Source: an uncultured delta proteobacterium (lineage in GTDB: Bacteria; Desulfobacterota; Syntrophobacteria; Syntrophobacterales; Syntrophobacteraceae). From it: DNA of 64,000 nucleotides. The notes below the pieces were generated by a model that was given only the letters and a program-made list of their open reading frames with translations, was not told the origin of the DNA and did no database searches. The stretch is from contig CAWEHK010000004.1 in NCBI GenBank assembly GCA_963808625.1, positions 1 through 64,000 on the forward strand, given 5' to 3'. The position numbers were made by a program, and so were the translations under genes. Of the stretch, positions 52,618 through 62,200 are shown piece by piece; the first letter of the stretch is position 1, and each line of letters opens with the position of its first letter.

Positions 52618-53694
52618 TCAGCGAACCTCCATGTTGGAATCGATTGCCGTTCTGAGCAATTCAAAGTCAAAACTTCTGGCAACTGTCTTGCCGTCAATCC
52701 TGTCGATGCGAATGTAGCTGAAGTCTTGCTCCATTTCCCCGGCAAAGCCCTTGTACGCAGACTGAAGACATTCATAACTGTGGGTGGTTCCAACGATCTG
52801 ACAATCGAATTCACGGGCCGCTCTGCCAATGCCTTCCCAAACTTTGGGCATAATCGAATAGTGGATGCCGTTTTCGCATTCATCGATGACTACAAGACCA
52901 TGGCTTGAGGTGGCCACTGCAAGAATAATCGAGAGCAAGCGGGAAACGCCTTCTCCCATGTATGTCACCGGGATCTTTCTGGTCAACCCGATGTCGCCAT
53001 GGATCATTGAAGTTTCGCCCATGGCAATTGTGGAAAGCCCCTTTAACTTGGGCTCAACTATCCGCAGGAACTCGACCACCTTTTCCTGCTTGCCGATAAG
53101 ATCCAACCTGCCAAAGCGTTCCGCGTCTTCGGACGGATTGACGGGTATTCTCGAAGCCAGGAACACCACATGCCTGGTGCTCATCTCAGCGTAGTCCACA
53201 TATAAGCCAATTCCTTCCGGACCCATCGAGAGATGAGACGACTGCTTTTTTCCTTTTTTACTTTCAATTGTAATATCCAGGGAGTAAGAGGGCCTGGGTT
53301 GCTGGTCTGTTCTGATCTGCAGAACCTTTTTCCCAGGTTTTGAGTTCCCCGCCGGAACAGCGGAGGGAATATAATTGGGGTTAAATCTTATCGTCATTTT
53401 TTCATTACTGTTGTCAACTGATGCTGCAATCGTAATTGGTTTGCTCATTTCATAATCATAGAAAACCGGGGCCCACATCGCATCCGCTTCAAAAGGGATA
53501 ACTCCAACACCCCGCCACGCAAGCTGCCGGAGGATCATCTGAGGATTCAGTCGGTCAAAGAACATGAACAAGGCTTCAAGAATTGACGTCTTCCCGACAT
53601 TATTGCGACCACCCAATAGGGTTACCCTTGAAAGATGCGGTAATTCAAGCTGTTCGAAACCCTTGAATCCCTGAATGCTCAGTTTAGTTATCAT
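52618..53694 (-). CDS. AAA_15/AAA_21 ABC-type ATPase
   Basis: IQGFKG, GRNNVGKTS, MGEG signature, VIDECENGIHY, TTHS. Confidence 0.9.
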   Translation of the reverse strand: MITKLSIQGFKGFEQLELPHLSRVTLLGGRNNVGKTSILEALFMFFDRLNPQMILRQLAWRGVGVIPFEADAMWAPVFYDYEMSKPITIAASVDNSNEKMTIRFNPNYIPSAVPAGNSKPGKKVLQIRTDQQPRPSYSLDITIESKKGKKQSSHLSMGPEGIGLYVDYAEMSTRHVVFLASRIPVNPSEDAERFGRLDLIGKQEKVVEFLRIVEPKLKGLSTIAMGETSMIHGDIGLTRKIPVTYMGEGVSRLLSIILAVATSSHGLVVIDECENGIHYSIMPKVWEGIGRAAREFDCQIVGTTHSYECLQSAYKGFAGEMEQDFSYIRIDRIDGKTVARSFDFELLRTAIDSNMEVR

Positions 53695-53699
53695 ACTTG

Positions 53700-53880
53700 A
53701 ATTCCTCCTCCAGCCACTATTTGCGCCAGCCCTCAGGCGCTGGGTTCATGCGGATTGTTGGTGCCAAGCTGGCCACGAAAAGCCCGGGTGAGGATGGACT
53801 CGGCGAGAGTGTTCAGCTTGGACCTCGCCTCCCGATACCGCGCTTCCATGTCATCGGCTTTCTCCCTACCGCAACGAATC
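53700..53880 (-). pseudogene. Type I R-M specificity subunit C-terminal remnant
   Basis: EKADDMEARY...LAESILTRAFRGQLGTNNPHEPSA resembles the HsdS C-terminal helix. Confidence 0.65.
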
Positions 53881-54049
53881 GCTACTGAAAGGTCCCACGA
53901 GGTATTATTTCCTGTATTTGTCAAATACCATGCCTGTTGTGCTTACTCAAGTTGATTAACGGATGAGGCATCAGTTGTTGGTTTTGAATGGCCTCTTTGC
54001 TATAGTTCATTTTTTCCTTTCTGTCTTCCATATCCCATAGGTGAACACC

Positions 54050-55340
54050 ATGACCAAAAGACGGCCACAAGCAACACTCATCTCCTGGGTTCTCTATGAT
54101 TTCGGAATGGCCTGGTTTTCCATGGTCATCATCACGGCCTACTTCATCCTCTATTTCAAGGAAGTAGTGGTTGGCGGCGACAAGGGGTACGGGGATTTCT
54201 TGTGGGGCATCGCGGTCTCGACGGCCATGCTGGTCTCGGTGGTGCTCTCACCGTTCCTGGGAGCCATGGCCGACATGCGACGCAATAAGAAGACCTTCCT
54301 GATCGCCGCTGCCGGGTTATCGATCATCAGCACGATCCTTCTCTACTTCACCGGGCCGAACCAGGTGTTCCCGGCAATGCTGCTGGTGGTCACCGGGTAT
54401 GCCGGCTACACCATCGCCATGACCTTTTACAATGCCTTCCTCCCCGAGATTGCCGGGACCGAATCCCTCGAGAAGATTTCCGGGATCGGCTGGGGCATCG
54501 GATACATCGGCGGCCTCACGGCACTTGTCTGCATGGCCTTCATGGCGCCGAGCGTTGCCGATGGGAAGCGCTGTTATCCTGCTCGCAGGGGCCATGTATG
54601 CGCTCTTTGCCCTGCCTTCTTTCATTCTGCTCAAAGATTCCCCCAGCACGGCCGACGCCGCGCCCGCTTCCATGGCTGACGGCTTTCGCCGTATCGTTGC
54701 AACATTCAAGGAAATTCGTTCGTACCGAACCGTCTTCGTGTTTCTCCTTGGATATTTCTTTGTTGCCGACGCCATGTCGACCATCATCGTTTTTTTCTCC
54801 TCGTATACCGTGGACACGCTTCACTTCAGCGTGCGGCAAAACGTCATGCTGCTCATGATCATCCAGCTTTCCGCGGCGGCCGGCGCCGTTGCTACGGGAT
54901 TTATCGCCAAACGGATCGGCGCCTTGCAGACGGTGATCCTGACGATCGTGGTGTGGATTGGGGCGCTCCTGGGGATCTTTGCGTTCTCGAGCACTTCCGC
55001 ATTCTATGTGATTTCCGTCTGCGCGGGGCTGGTTCTCGGCGGGACGCAGGCGACCGCGCGGAGCTTCATTGCCCGCGAATCGCCTGCGGATAAGCAGGGG
55101 GAGTTCTTTGGCTTCATGACCTTCGGCTCGAAGGTGGCCGCGATCTTCGGGCCGTTGCTCTACGGGGTCATCTCACAGCAGACGAATAACCCCCGCATCG
55201 CCATCGTCTCGCTTGAAGTTTTCTTTATCGCCGGGCTGCTCGTCATGCTCAGAGTACCCCGCGAGAGCGCCTCGATTAGAATCCACCGCAGAGACGCAGA
55301 GAGCGCAGAGAAAAACCAAGAATCAGCAGAGAACAACTAA
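54050..55340 (+). CDS. MFS transporter, UMF1/ATG22-like (frameshift near 54570)
   Basis: SWVLYD, SPFLGAMAD, FYNAFLP, GWGIGYIGG, EFFGF, IFGPLLYG. Confidence 0.85.
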
Positions 55341-55494
55341 AAATCATCGGTACGAACAACGGAGGGCGGGTTTTCTAACCCGCCACCGCGAGGAGCGCAG
55401 AGGATAACAAAGAATTCTCTCTGCGACCTCTGCGTCTCTGCGCTGAAATTATTGTCATCGACCACTGCATCAGACCGACCACCTCCGGCTACCG

Positions 55495-56722
55495 TCAGGC
55501 CAGCACGCGGGAAGCCTCGCGCATGAGTCTGGCGATGGCCAATCCCTGGGGGCAGGCTCGCTCGGCCTTCGCATAGTCCACTTCAGTCAGTCTTGCCCTG
55601 GCCTCCTCGGAAAGACCGGCAAAGACCTCCCGCGCCAGATCGCGGTCGCCGTAATCGCGGTAATACATGAGGCAGCGCATCACATCGCTCACCGGGACCG
55701 CTCCGCCTACGGCCGCCTGGCAGATGCGCCCGCAGCCGGCGCAATAACCCGAACAGGTCTCCCTGGCGAAACGGTCGAGGAGTTCGAGATCGCTGCGGCC
55801 CAGCTTCGTAAGGTCTCGGGCGGCGGCCACATTGGCCGAGAGGATGGTAAGACTGGGCATCTGGGAGCAGATGCATGGCGATGTTCGGGTTTTCCCACAC
55901 AGCCTTGAGCTTGGCCTGCTTGTCGGTGAAGCCGCGTTCGAGAAATCTTCCGGCGACTTGCAGTTCGGCCTCGCTGTCGGTCTTGACCGGTCCGCCGCCC
56001 TGGGTCTTCATCGCCACCAGGCCAATGCCGGAACCAACGCAGGCGGCCACCGCCTCCTTCATTTTCGGGGTGTCCATGAGGCGGAAATTGTAGGTAAACA
56101 TGATCGCATCGATCCAGTTCACCCTGGCCGCAGCCAGCAGGCAATCCTCCATGTTGGTATGGGTGCTGAACCCGAAGAACTTCATCTTGCCCGCCTTCTT
56201 CATTTGCGCCGCCCATTCCTTGATCGGCATCGTCGATCTCGTTCAAGGCGCTGATGCCATGGCAAAAGAAGAGGTCTACATAGTTCGTGTTCAGCTTCTT
56301 CAAGGATCGTCTCAAGGCTTTCGGTCATCTTCTGCGGGTGCACCGGGCCGGCTTTTCGTCACCAGGAAAATTTCCTTCCGGGCTTCGGGGTTGCGGGTGA
56401 AAAAGCGGCCCATGCCTTCTTCGCTCAGTCCGTTGCCGTAACCTTCAGCCGTATCCCAATAGGTCACTCCCCAATTGTAGGCCTGCCGGAGCAGCAACTG
56501 GTTGTTGACCGTATCGAACATCCCGCCCAATGACAGGATCGATACCTCGACCCCGGTTTTTCCCAATTTCCTCTTCGGTATGGATGGCGCTTTGCCCTCG
56601 CTGTCCGCCTGGGCGGCCACGGCCTTCGTCACCTCGAAGCTCGCTGTCGCCATCCCGCCAACCCCGACCGTCTTGATAAAGTCGCGGCGCGTCAACCCCT
56701 TTTGCTTTTCTCTCTCCGCCAT
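55495..56722 (-). CDS. Tat-signal aldo/keto reductase with C-terminal Fe-S motif (frameshifts)
   Basis: TRRDFIK, KRKLGKTG, WDTAEGY, AMKTQ, YCAGCGRIC, ACPQG. Confidence 0.85.
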
Positions 56723-56953
56723 ATGAACAACCTCCATAGGCCTGAATGCATTGCCATAAGGCTTCGTCCAAAAATAACCTGCTCTCATTTCGATCCTTTT
56801 TCAAACCACGAAGGACACGAAGAGCAGAAGAAATCACTTCCTGTCCTTCGTCATCTTCGTGCTCTTCGTGGTAAAAGAAGGGATCTTATTTTTGGACAAC
56901 TCCTGACTGTCCGAGTCTTATTTTCATCCTTTTGGGGGCCCCTAACGGGAACA

Positions 56954-57566
56954 CTACCTGGTCACCGCCTTGCCCTGCCTGAGGTCGTAGATCGGTTGAA
57001 ACTTCAATTCGCCCAGCAGGATGTCCTCGGGCTTTTGCAGGGACAGATCGCCATTGATTGCCAGGAAGCGCATTTCGGCGTCTACGGGAAAACCATTGGC
57101 AGCAGCCTGTTCGAAGCCCACCCTGGCGGCACCGTATTGCGGTTCGGCCTTGCTCTTGTGGAATTGCTGGCGCCATTGCATCCATTGGGCGACATTGGCC
57201 TGAGACCGGTCGACGAAGACATAAAAGGTGACCTTCCCCGGGCAGTCCTCTTCCAGATACAGGGTATATTCTATGGGACCGGATTGCTTATCCCAGGCAG
57301 TGACCCGCTTTCGTTCGCCCTCTTCGATCAGCCAGGCAGTCGCGCAGGAACGCGACTTGACGAAGTCTCGTCACCTTGCCGAAGATGAAGGCCGGTTCGA
57401 CCTCATCGGCCACGAAATTCCCGGAGAGAAAGGTGTCGGGAGGCGTGTACTCGGACAAGGCACTACCGGCTCGCAGTTTCAAGGCCTGCTCGCTTGCCGC
57501 CCCACTTACGGCAGCGAGCGCCAATACCAGGGAAAACCCCAAAAGCATTGAGCAAAGACGACGCAT
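56954..57566 (-). CDS. Secreted hypothetical protein (frameshifted)
   Basis: GGAGGG RBS, signal peptide; split across track ORFs 57288-57566 and 56954-57181. Confidence 0.6.
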
Positions 57567-57793
57567 AATCCCTCCTCTCCACGAGTTAATTTCTCAAACG
57601 CGCAGGCAAAAGCCTGCTCAGGATCATCCAGGGAACCGATTAGCACAGAACCGCATAAATAAGTGTCAGAATTCAGTTTGTCATACCGGCGAAAGCCGGT
57701 ATCCAGGTAGTTTTTCTGGATTCCGGTTGCCACCGGAATGACGCATAGGGATCAAGGTCACTTTATTGTGTGGATCTGTACTTAGCCTGGTTT

Positions 57794-58820
57794 TTACTCT
57801 ATCCAGGCAAGATGTTCCTCGAACATCGCATAATGTTTTCTGATCATTTCCGGAATGGGCAAGCCGTAGGGACAGCGTTCGATGCATTCGCCACAGTCGA
57901 TGCAGTTGGCGACCGACGCCATGGCTTTTGCCGAGAAGCGGGCCGCCGTACCGGGAGACATCCGGTGGGCAACGACCGGGTAGATCATGGACGGGGTGAT
58001 CATGACCCCTTGGGGGCACGGCTGGCAGTATTCGCAGCGGCGGCAGAAGTGCTGCCCAACTTCCGCCCGGCACCGTTCCATAGCCTCCAGATCTTCCGGC
58101 GAGACGATGTTTTCCGTACCATAAAGAGCAACAATCTCATCGACTCCCTCAACGGCATCGAAACCGGGCAAGGGGATGACATCGGGCCATTGGCGCAGAT
58201 ATTTGAAGCAGAGCTTCCCGTCCTCGAGCGCCCCGCCGCCGAAGGGCTTCATCGCCAGAATGCCCAGGTCGAGTTGCCTGGCCACGGGGTGGAGTTCCCC
58301 CTGCGCGGCCTCTTCAAGGAAATTGAAAGGGAACTGGACGGTGCTGAATAACCCGGTCTTGATGAGCTTCACGGCCATCTCGAGGCTGTGGGAAGTAAAC
58401 CCGATATGCCTGATCTTCCCCGCTTCCCGCGCCCGCACGACCGCTTCCATGGCCCCGTTCGGTCCCATCAGGGTTTGGTAGTCGGCTTCCTGAGAAACCT
58501 GGTGGAATTGAAAGAGATCAAGATAATCGGTGCGAAGCACCCGGAGGCTCTGTTCGATCTGGGCCTCCGCGCCCTCGGAATCCCGCTTTATGGATTTGGT
58601 GGCCAGGACCACTTGATGGCGCAGCCCCTCAAAGGCCAGGCCGATTTTCTCCTCGCTGTCGAGATACATATTGGCGGTATCATACAGCGTGATCCCCCGG
58701 TCATAAGCCCGTCGCAGCACCCTGATCGCTTCCTGGGGTGGAAAGGCGAATAATAGGAATACCGCCAAAGCCGACCTCAGAGACCTCGATGCCCGTTTTT
58801 CCCAGTATGCGATAGCGCAT
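57794..58820 (-). CDS. Aldo/keto reductase with 4Fe-4S domain (frameshift near 58745)
   Basis: MRYRILGKTG, YDTANMY, AMKPFGGG, CRRCEYCQPCP, CIDCGECIERCPY. Confidence 0.9.
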
Positions 58821-59141
58821 GGTGCTCCTCTCCTTTGTGCTTGACGAAAAGGCAATCAGCGAACGCATGATGAGCCTTACCAACCAAGAGATCTTACCTT
58901 CCCGCGCCGCCTGGGGCAAGTATTCATGGTTTGAAACCCTTGCCGACGGCGTAAGCCTTGCCGAAATACGTGCTCATTCCATCGCGTGTTAAGCAGATGC
59001 CTAAAAACAAACCTTTTTTACCACGAAGAGCACGAAGAAAACGAAGGACTGGAAGTGATTGCTTCGTGCTCTTCGTGCCCTTCGTGGTCTGAAATAAGGT
59101 CAATGAGAGCAAGTTATTTTTGGACGGACCCCAAGGGACCG

Positions 59142-60624
59142 CTAGGTCGCGCGGGGTTTGGCGGAAGAGGCCATCACGCTGGTCAGAAATTCGGCGAAGA
59201 GGTCAGGATTGGCCTGCTTCATCAGCCTTCGGACGTCAATGGGGTCAATTTTCTTGACCAGTCTCAGGCTTTCCTCGTTCTCACAGAGGATGATCCCCCG
59301 GAAGAAAAGCATTGCCAGCTTTACGGGACTTGCTTCTTTCGTCAGAGATTTCTTGAGGGATGAATAGCTGTCCACCAGTTCCTTCAAGCCGTCGTGGAGG
59401 CGAACTACTTTGCGTTCGAAGAGACCGTTGATCCGCGCGTGACTGGGCAGCCACGCGGTGGCGAGGTCCGCATCAAACCCATAGCCAACGAGGAGATCAT
59501 CCCTCAGGTCTTTGAGTTCATCATCCTTCAGGTGCTGCCAGTCGATGGCAGCAGAATCGATCAGGCACCCTTCCCGGTAGCACTGTCTGGCAGTTTTCCC
59601 ATCACCACGCAGCCAGTAGGCATCTCCGAGATACCCGTAGAGTGCGGCGTTGTGGGGCGCTGTGGGGATGGCGGCCTGAAGGTGCGTTACCGCCTGCTCA
59701 TCTTGCCCTGCTCGCAGGAAGAGATATCCAACCGGGATTTCGCCGCCGATCAATGCAGCATCAACAAGGCCATGCTGCTCAATCTCCCCGAGCATCGTTT
59801 CAAAGAACGCCTTCTGCAGTTCCGATATCAGCCTGTCATTCCTCCTCATTCCATGAGCTTGAACAGTGTCTTCAACCTCATTCCAAAAGCGGCACAGATG
59901 CGGGATGCGCTCATCGACGTCGACCGGAGCCTCCCGCAATCCCTCCAATAGGAACTCGGCCAGCGCTAATTTTGGGGACGACATCGTGCCCCTTGGGATA
60001 GATTCGCTGGTGCTTTCGGAACAACTCGATGGCTGATTCCAACTTCAGGGCCTTGAGGGCCTGAAGTCCCTGATTGACCAGGATCATGTCGTTCTGGGAA
60101 AAGAGGGAAAGCTGCCTGGTTTGGCCCGGAGCAGGGGTTCCTGGGGCGTCGAGGGGATTTCCTTCTCCAGCAGTTTCGCTGGTGGCTGATTCTTCGGCAG
60201 GCTGTCGAAGAATGCTTCGGAGGAGGCCTTCGCCCATCCGGGTTATCGCGGCAGCCTTCTTCACGTTGCCAAGGTCCCGTGCCAGGCGGTTGAGGTGCTG
60301 AGCAAAAGCGAAGGTTACGGGAGCATCGACGCCACCCAGGGGAGTCGCGATAGTCTGTTTTCCGTGTTCCGGGCAGTTCACCACCGGGAGCTTCGCAAAC
60401 AGGTGGGTTTGCTTCTGACAAGTATCCAGATGTCGCCAGGTCTTCTCTTCCGTGTGATCGCAAACCGGGCAGGTGCGAGCGCAGAGCGGGCAGGCGAAGA
60501 GCTCAGCCTCCGTGTGTTCCAGGTACACGCTAACCCTGGCCGCGTCATCTTCGGCGACAACGGCTTTCACATACCACGGGGGAACAAGATTCAGCAGCCT
60601 CTGATAAAGCTCTCCAGCTTCCAT
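59142..60624 (-). CDS. Chimeric ISL3 Zn-finger/HTH + QLSLF + TPR-like protein (probable frameshift near 59975)
   Basis: CPLC...DHTEEKTWRHLDTC...CPEHG (zf-ISL3); no DDE domain; QLSLF at 60100-60114; TPR-like AALYGYLGDAYWLRGDGKTARQCYREG. Confidence 0.7.
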
Positions 60625-60824
60625 GTTTCGTTCCTCGATGACCTAAAATTGAAGTCAGCTCTTCCCAAAATCCATCGCACTGGAATCTCCATTTCTGAAG
60701 AATCCTTTGGTTTTTCATTTCGAAATTCGCAATCGCAATCTTACTAGAAAGTCCATTGCCCTGCACACGTGCCATTGAGGCCTCTCATGTCAAGAAGAAC
60801 TTGATGGGCACGACTGGCTGGGTC

Positions 60825-62168
60825 TCATCCGCTGGCGCAGCAAAGAATCTCGCGGAATTTTCTGGTCAAGGGGTAGACAAAGACTGCTTTAGTGGGCACT
60901 TGCTTTTTTTGCTTCTTGCCATAGAGGCTGTAACCATCGGTTGTTCCCAAGCGAATCCAGTTGGCAGCCTTGTAACAAGTCCCGGTGAATCGGTCGAGCT
61001 GCACGAATGTCTCCAGCAGGATTGGTCGGTAGTGGTATCGTTCTTCCCAGTCATGGGGCAGACGTCGAACGATGCCGCCCAGAATTCGCGAAGCCAGATT
61101 CGGGCACCTGATCCACGGAAGGATAAGAAATCTTGCGTTACTGACAACGTACCTCAGGTTCGCAATTCGCTGCTCGTCGTTCCAACCGATGAACCGATCG
61201 CGGCTCGACAGCCGCCATGCACTGGAGGCAAAACCCAGCACAGCGAGCAGGATACCGTTTGGAGACTTGTCCGAGTCAGGGAAGGCTCTAATCCCGTGGA
61301 AGAGTGGGTCCACGCCACAGACAGGCTTGTCGCGATCAGATGGGGCCCCGGTTTTCCGGGCTGCCGAGTTTTCCGGCACGGGTTGAGGATCTGGCTTTTT
61401 GCTGCCATAGACGAGATATCGCACCTGCGGGCCAAACAGTCGGCTGCTCTTGATGTAATGATGCTCGCGGATCATGGCATTCCAGAGCCGAATATCCTCT
61501 TGAGATCTGACCACTACAAACCGCAATGCTTCCGTGTCGTGAGGAGCCGGTTCCATCGTTTCCGGGGGTGCAGCGAGTGGCTTCCCGATACGCATGCGGT
61601 GTGCGCGTTTATTTTGCGGTAACGGCGGCAGGGTGATGAGGTTGTCCATGTCCATCCGCTTCAGGATGTCACAAACGGTTTCATATCTCATTTTCCCGTT
61701 TGGCTGGTACAGCTCGTACCTGGCGCATATCTCCCGGGCAAGCTTGGCTCTAGCGTTCTGAGGGTTCGAGGCAATAAGGTCTCTGATGGTTTGGATCTGT
61801 CTTGCGGAAAAATAGATGCCGATGTAGCGATGCTTCAGGTTGTCCCAATCGCTGTCGCTGCGGTCAGGAGAATGTTCAAGGAAAGCAAGGAGGCGCTCGA
61901 TGACAGCTTCTCTGGCTGTGGGGTCGCGGTCAGGCTTGGAAAAATAGGCCATGCCTTCTTTTGCGAAATGCTGCTGGCACTTGATAATAGATAGAGGCGG
62001 CACACGAACATCAAAAACCAGCCTGTCCACGCTTCGCCCTTCGAGAGTCCCGAGGATGATTTTCGCACGCTTTATTCTCCAGATCCCGGCCGTGGTGCTC
62101 CGGGCAATCTGTCGCAGCTCCTCTTCTTGCTCCTGCGAACACAAAATAGTAGGGATTCCGCTATCCAT
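60825..62168 (-). CDS. IS630-like HTH fused to DUF4338 (Druantia DruA-like) domain
   Basis: N-terminal EQEEELRQIARS...RAKIIL; then LWNAMIREHHYI, RYLV, AWRLSSRDRFIGW, RFLILPW, NLASRIL, LLETFV, GTCYKAANW. Confidence 0.8.
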   Translation of the reverse strand: MDSGIPTILCSQEQEEELRQIARSTTAGIWRIKRAKIILGTLEGRSVDRLVFDVRVPPLSIIKCQQHFAKEGMAYFSKPDRDPTAREAVIERLLAFLEHSPDRSDSDWDNLKHRYIGIYFSARQIQTIRDLIASNPQNARAKLAREICARYELYQPNGKMRYETVCDILKRMDMDNLITLPPLPQNKRAHRMRIGKPLAAPPETMEPAPHDTEALRFVVVRSQEDIRLWNAMIREHHYIKSSRLFGPQVRYLVYGSKKPDPQPVPENSAARKTGAPSDRDKPVCGVDPLFHGIRAFPDSDKSPNGILLAVLGFASSAWRLSSRDRFIGWNDEQRIANLRYVVSNARFLILPWIRCPNLASRILGGIVRRLPHDWEERYHYRPILLETFVQLDRFTGTCYKAANWIRLGTTDGYSLYGKKQKKQVPTKAVFVYPLTRKFREILCCASG

Positions 62169-62200
62169 TTCCTGTCCTGCCACTAATCCCGTGAAGATGT

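Noticed and set aside
59911..60624. Active ISL3 element
   Set aside because: No DDE catalytic domain and no recognisable IRs or target duplication.
60825..62168. Complete Druantia system
   Set aside because: Only a DruA-like domain is present; no DruE helicase or other dru genes in the window.
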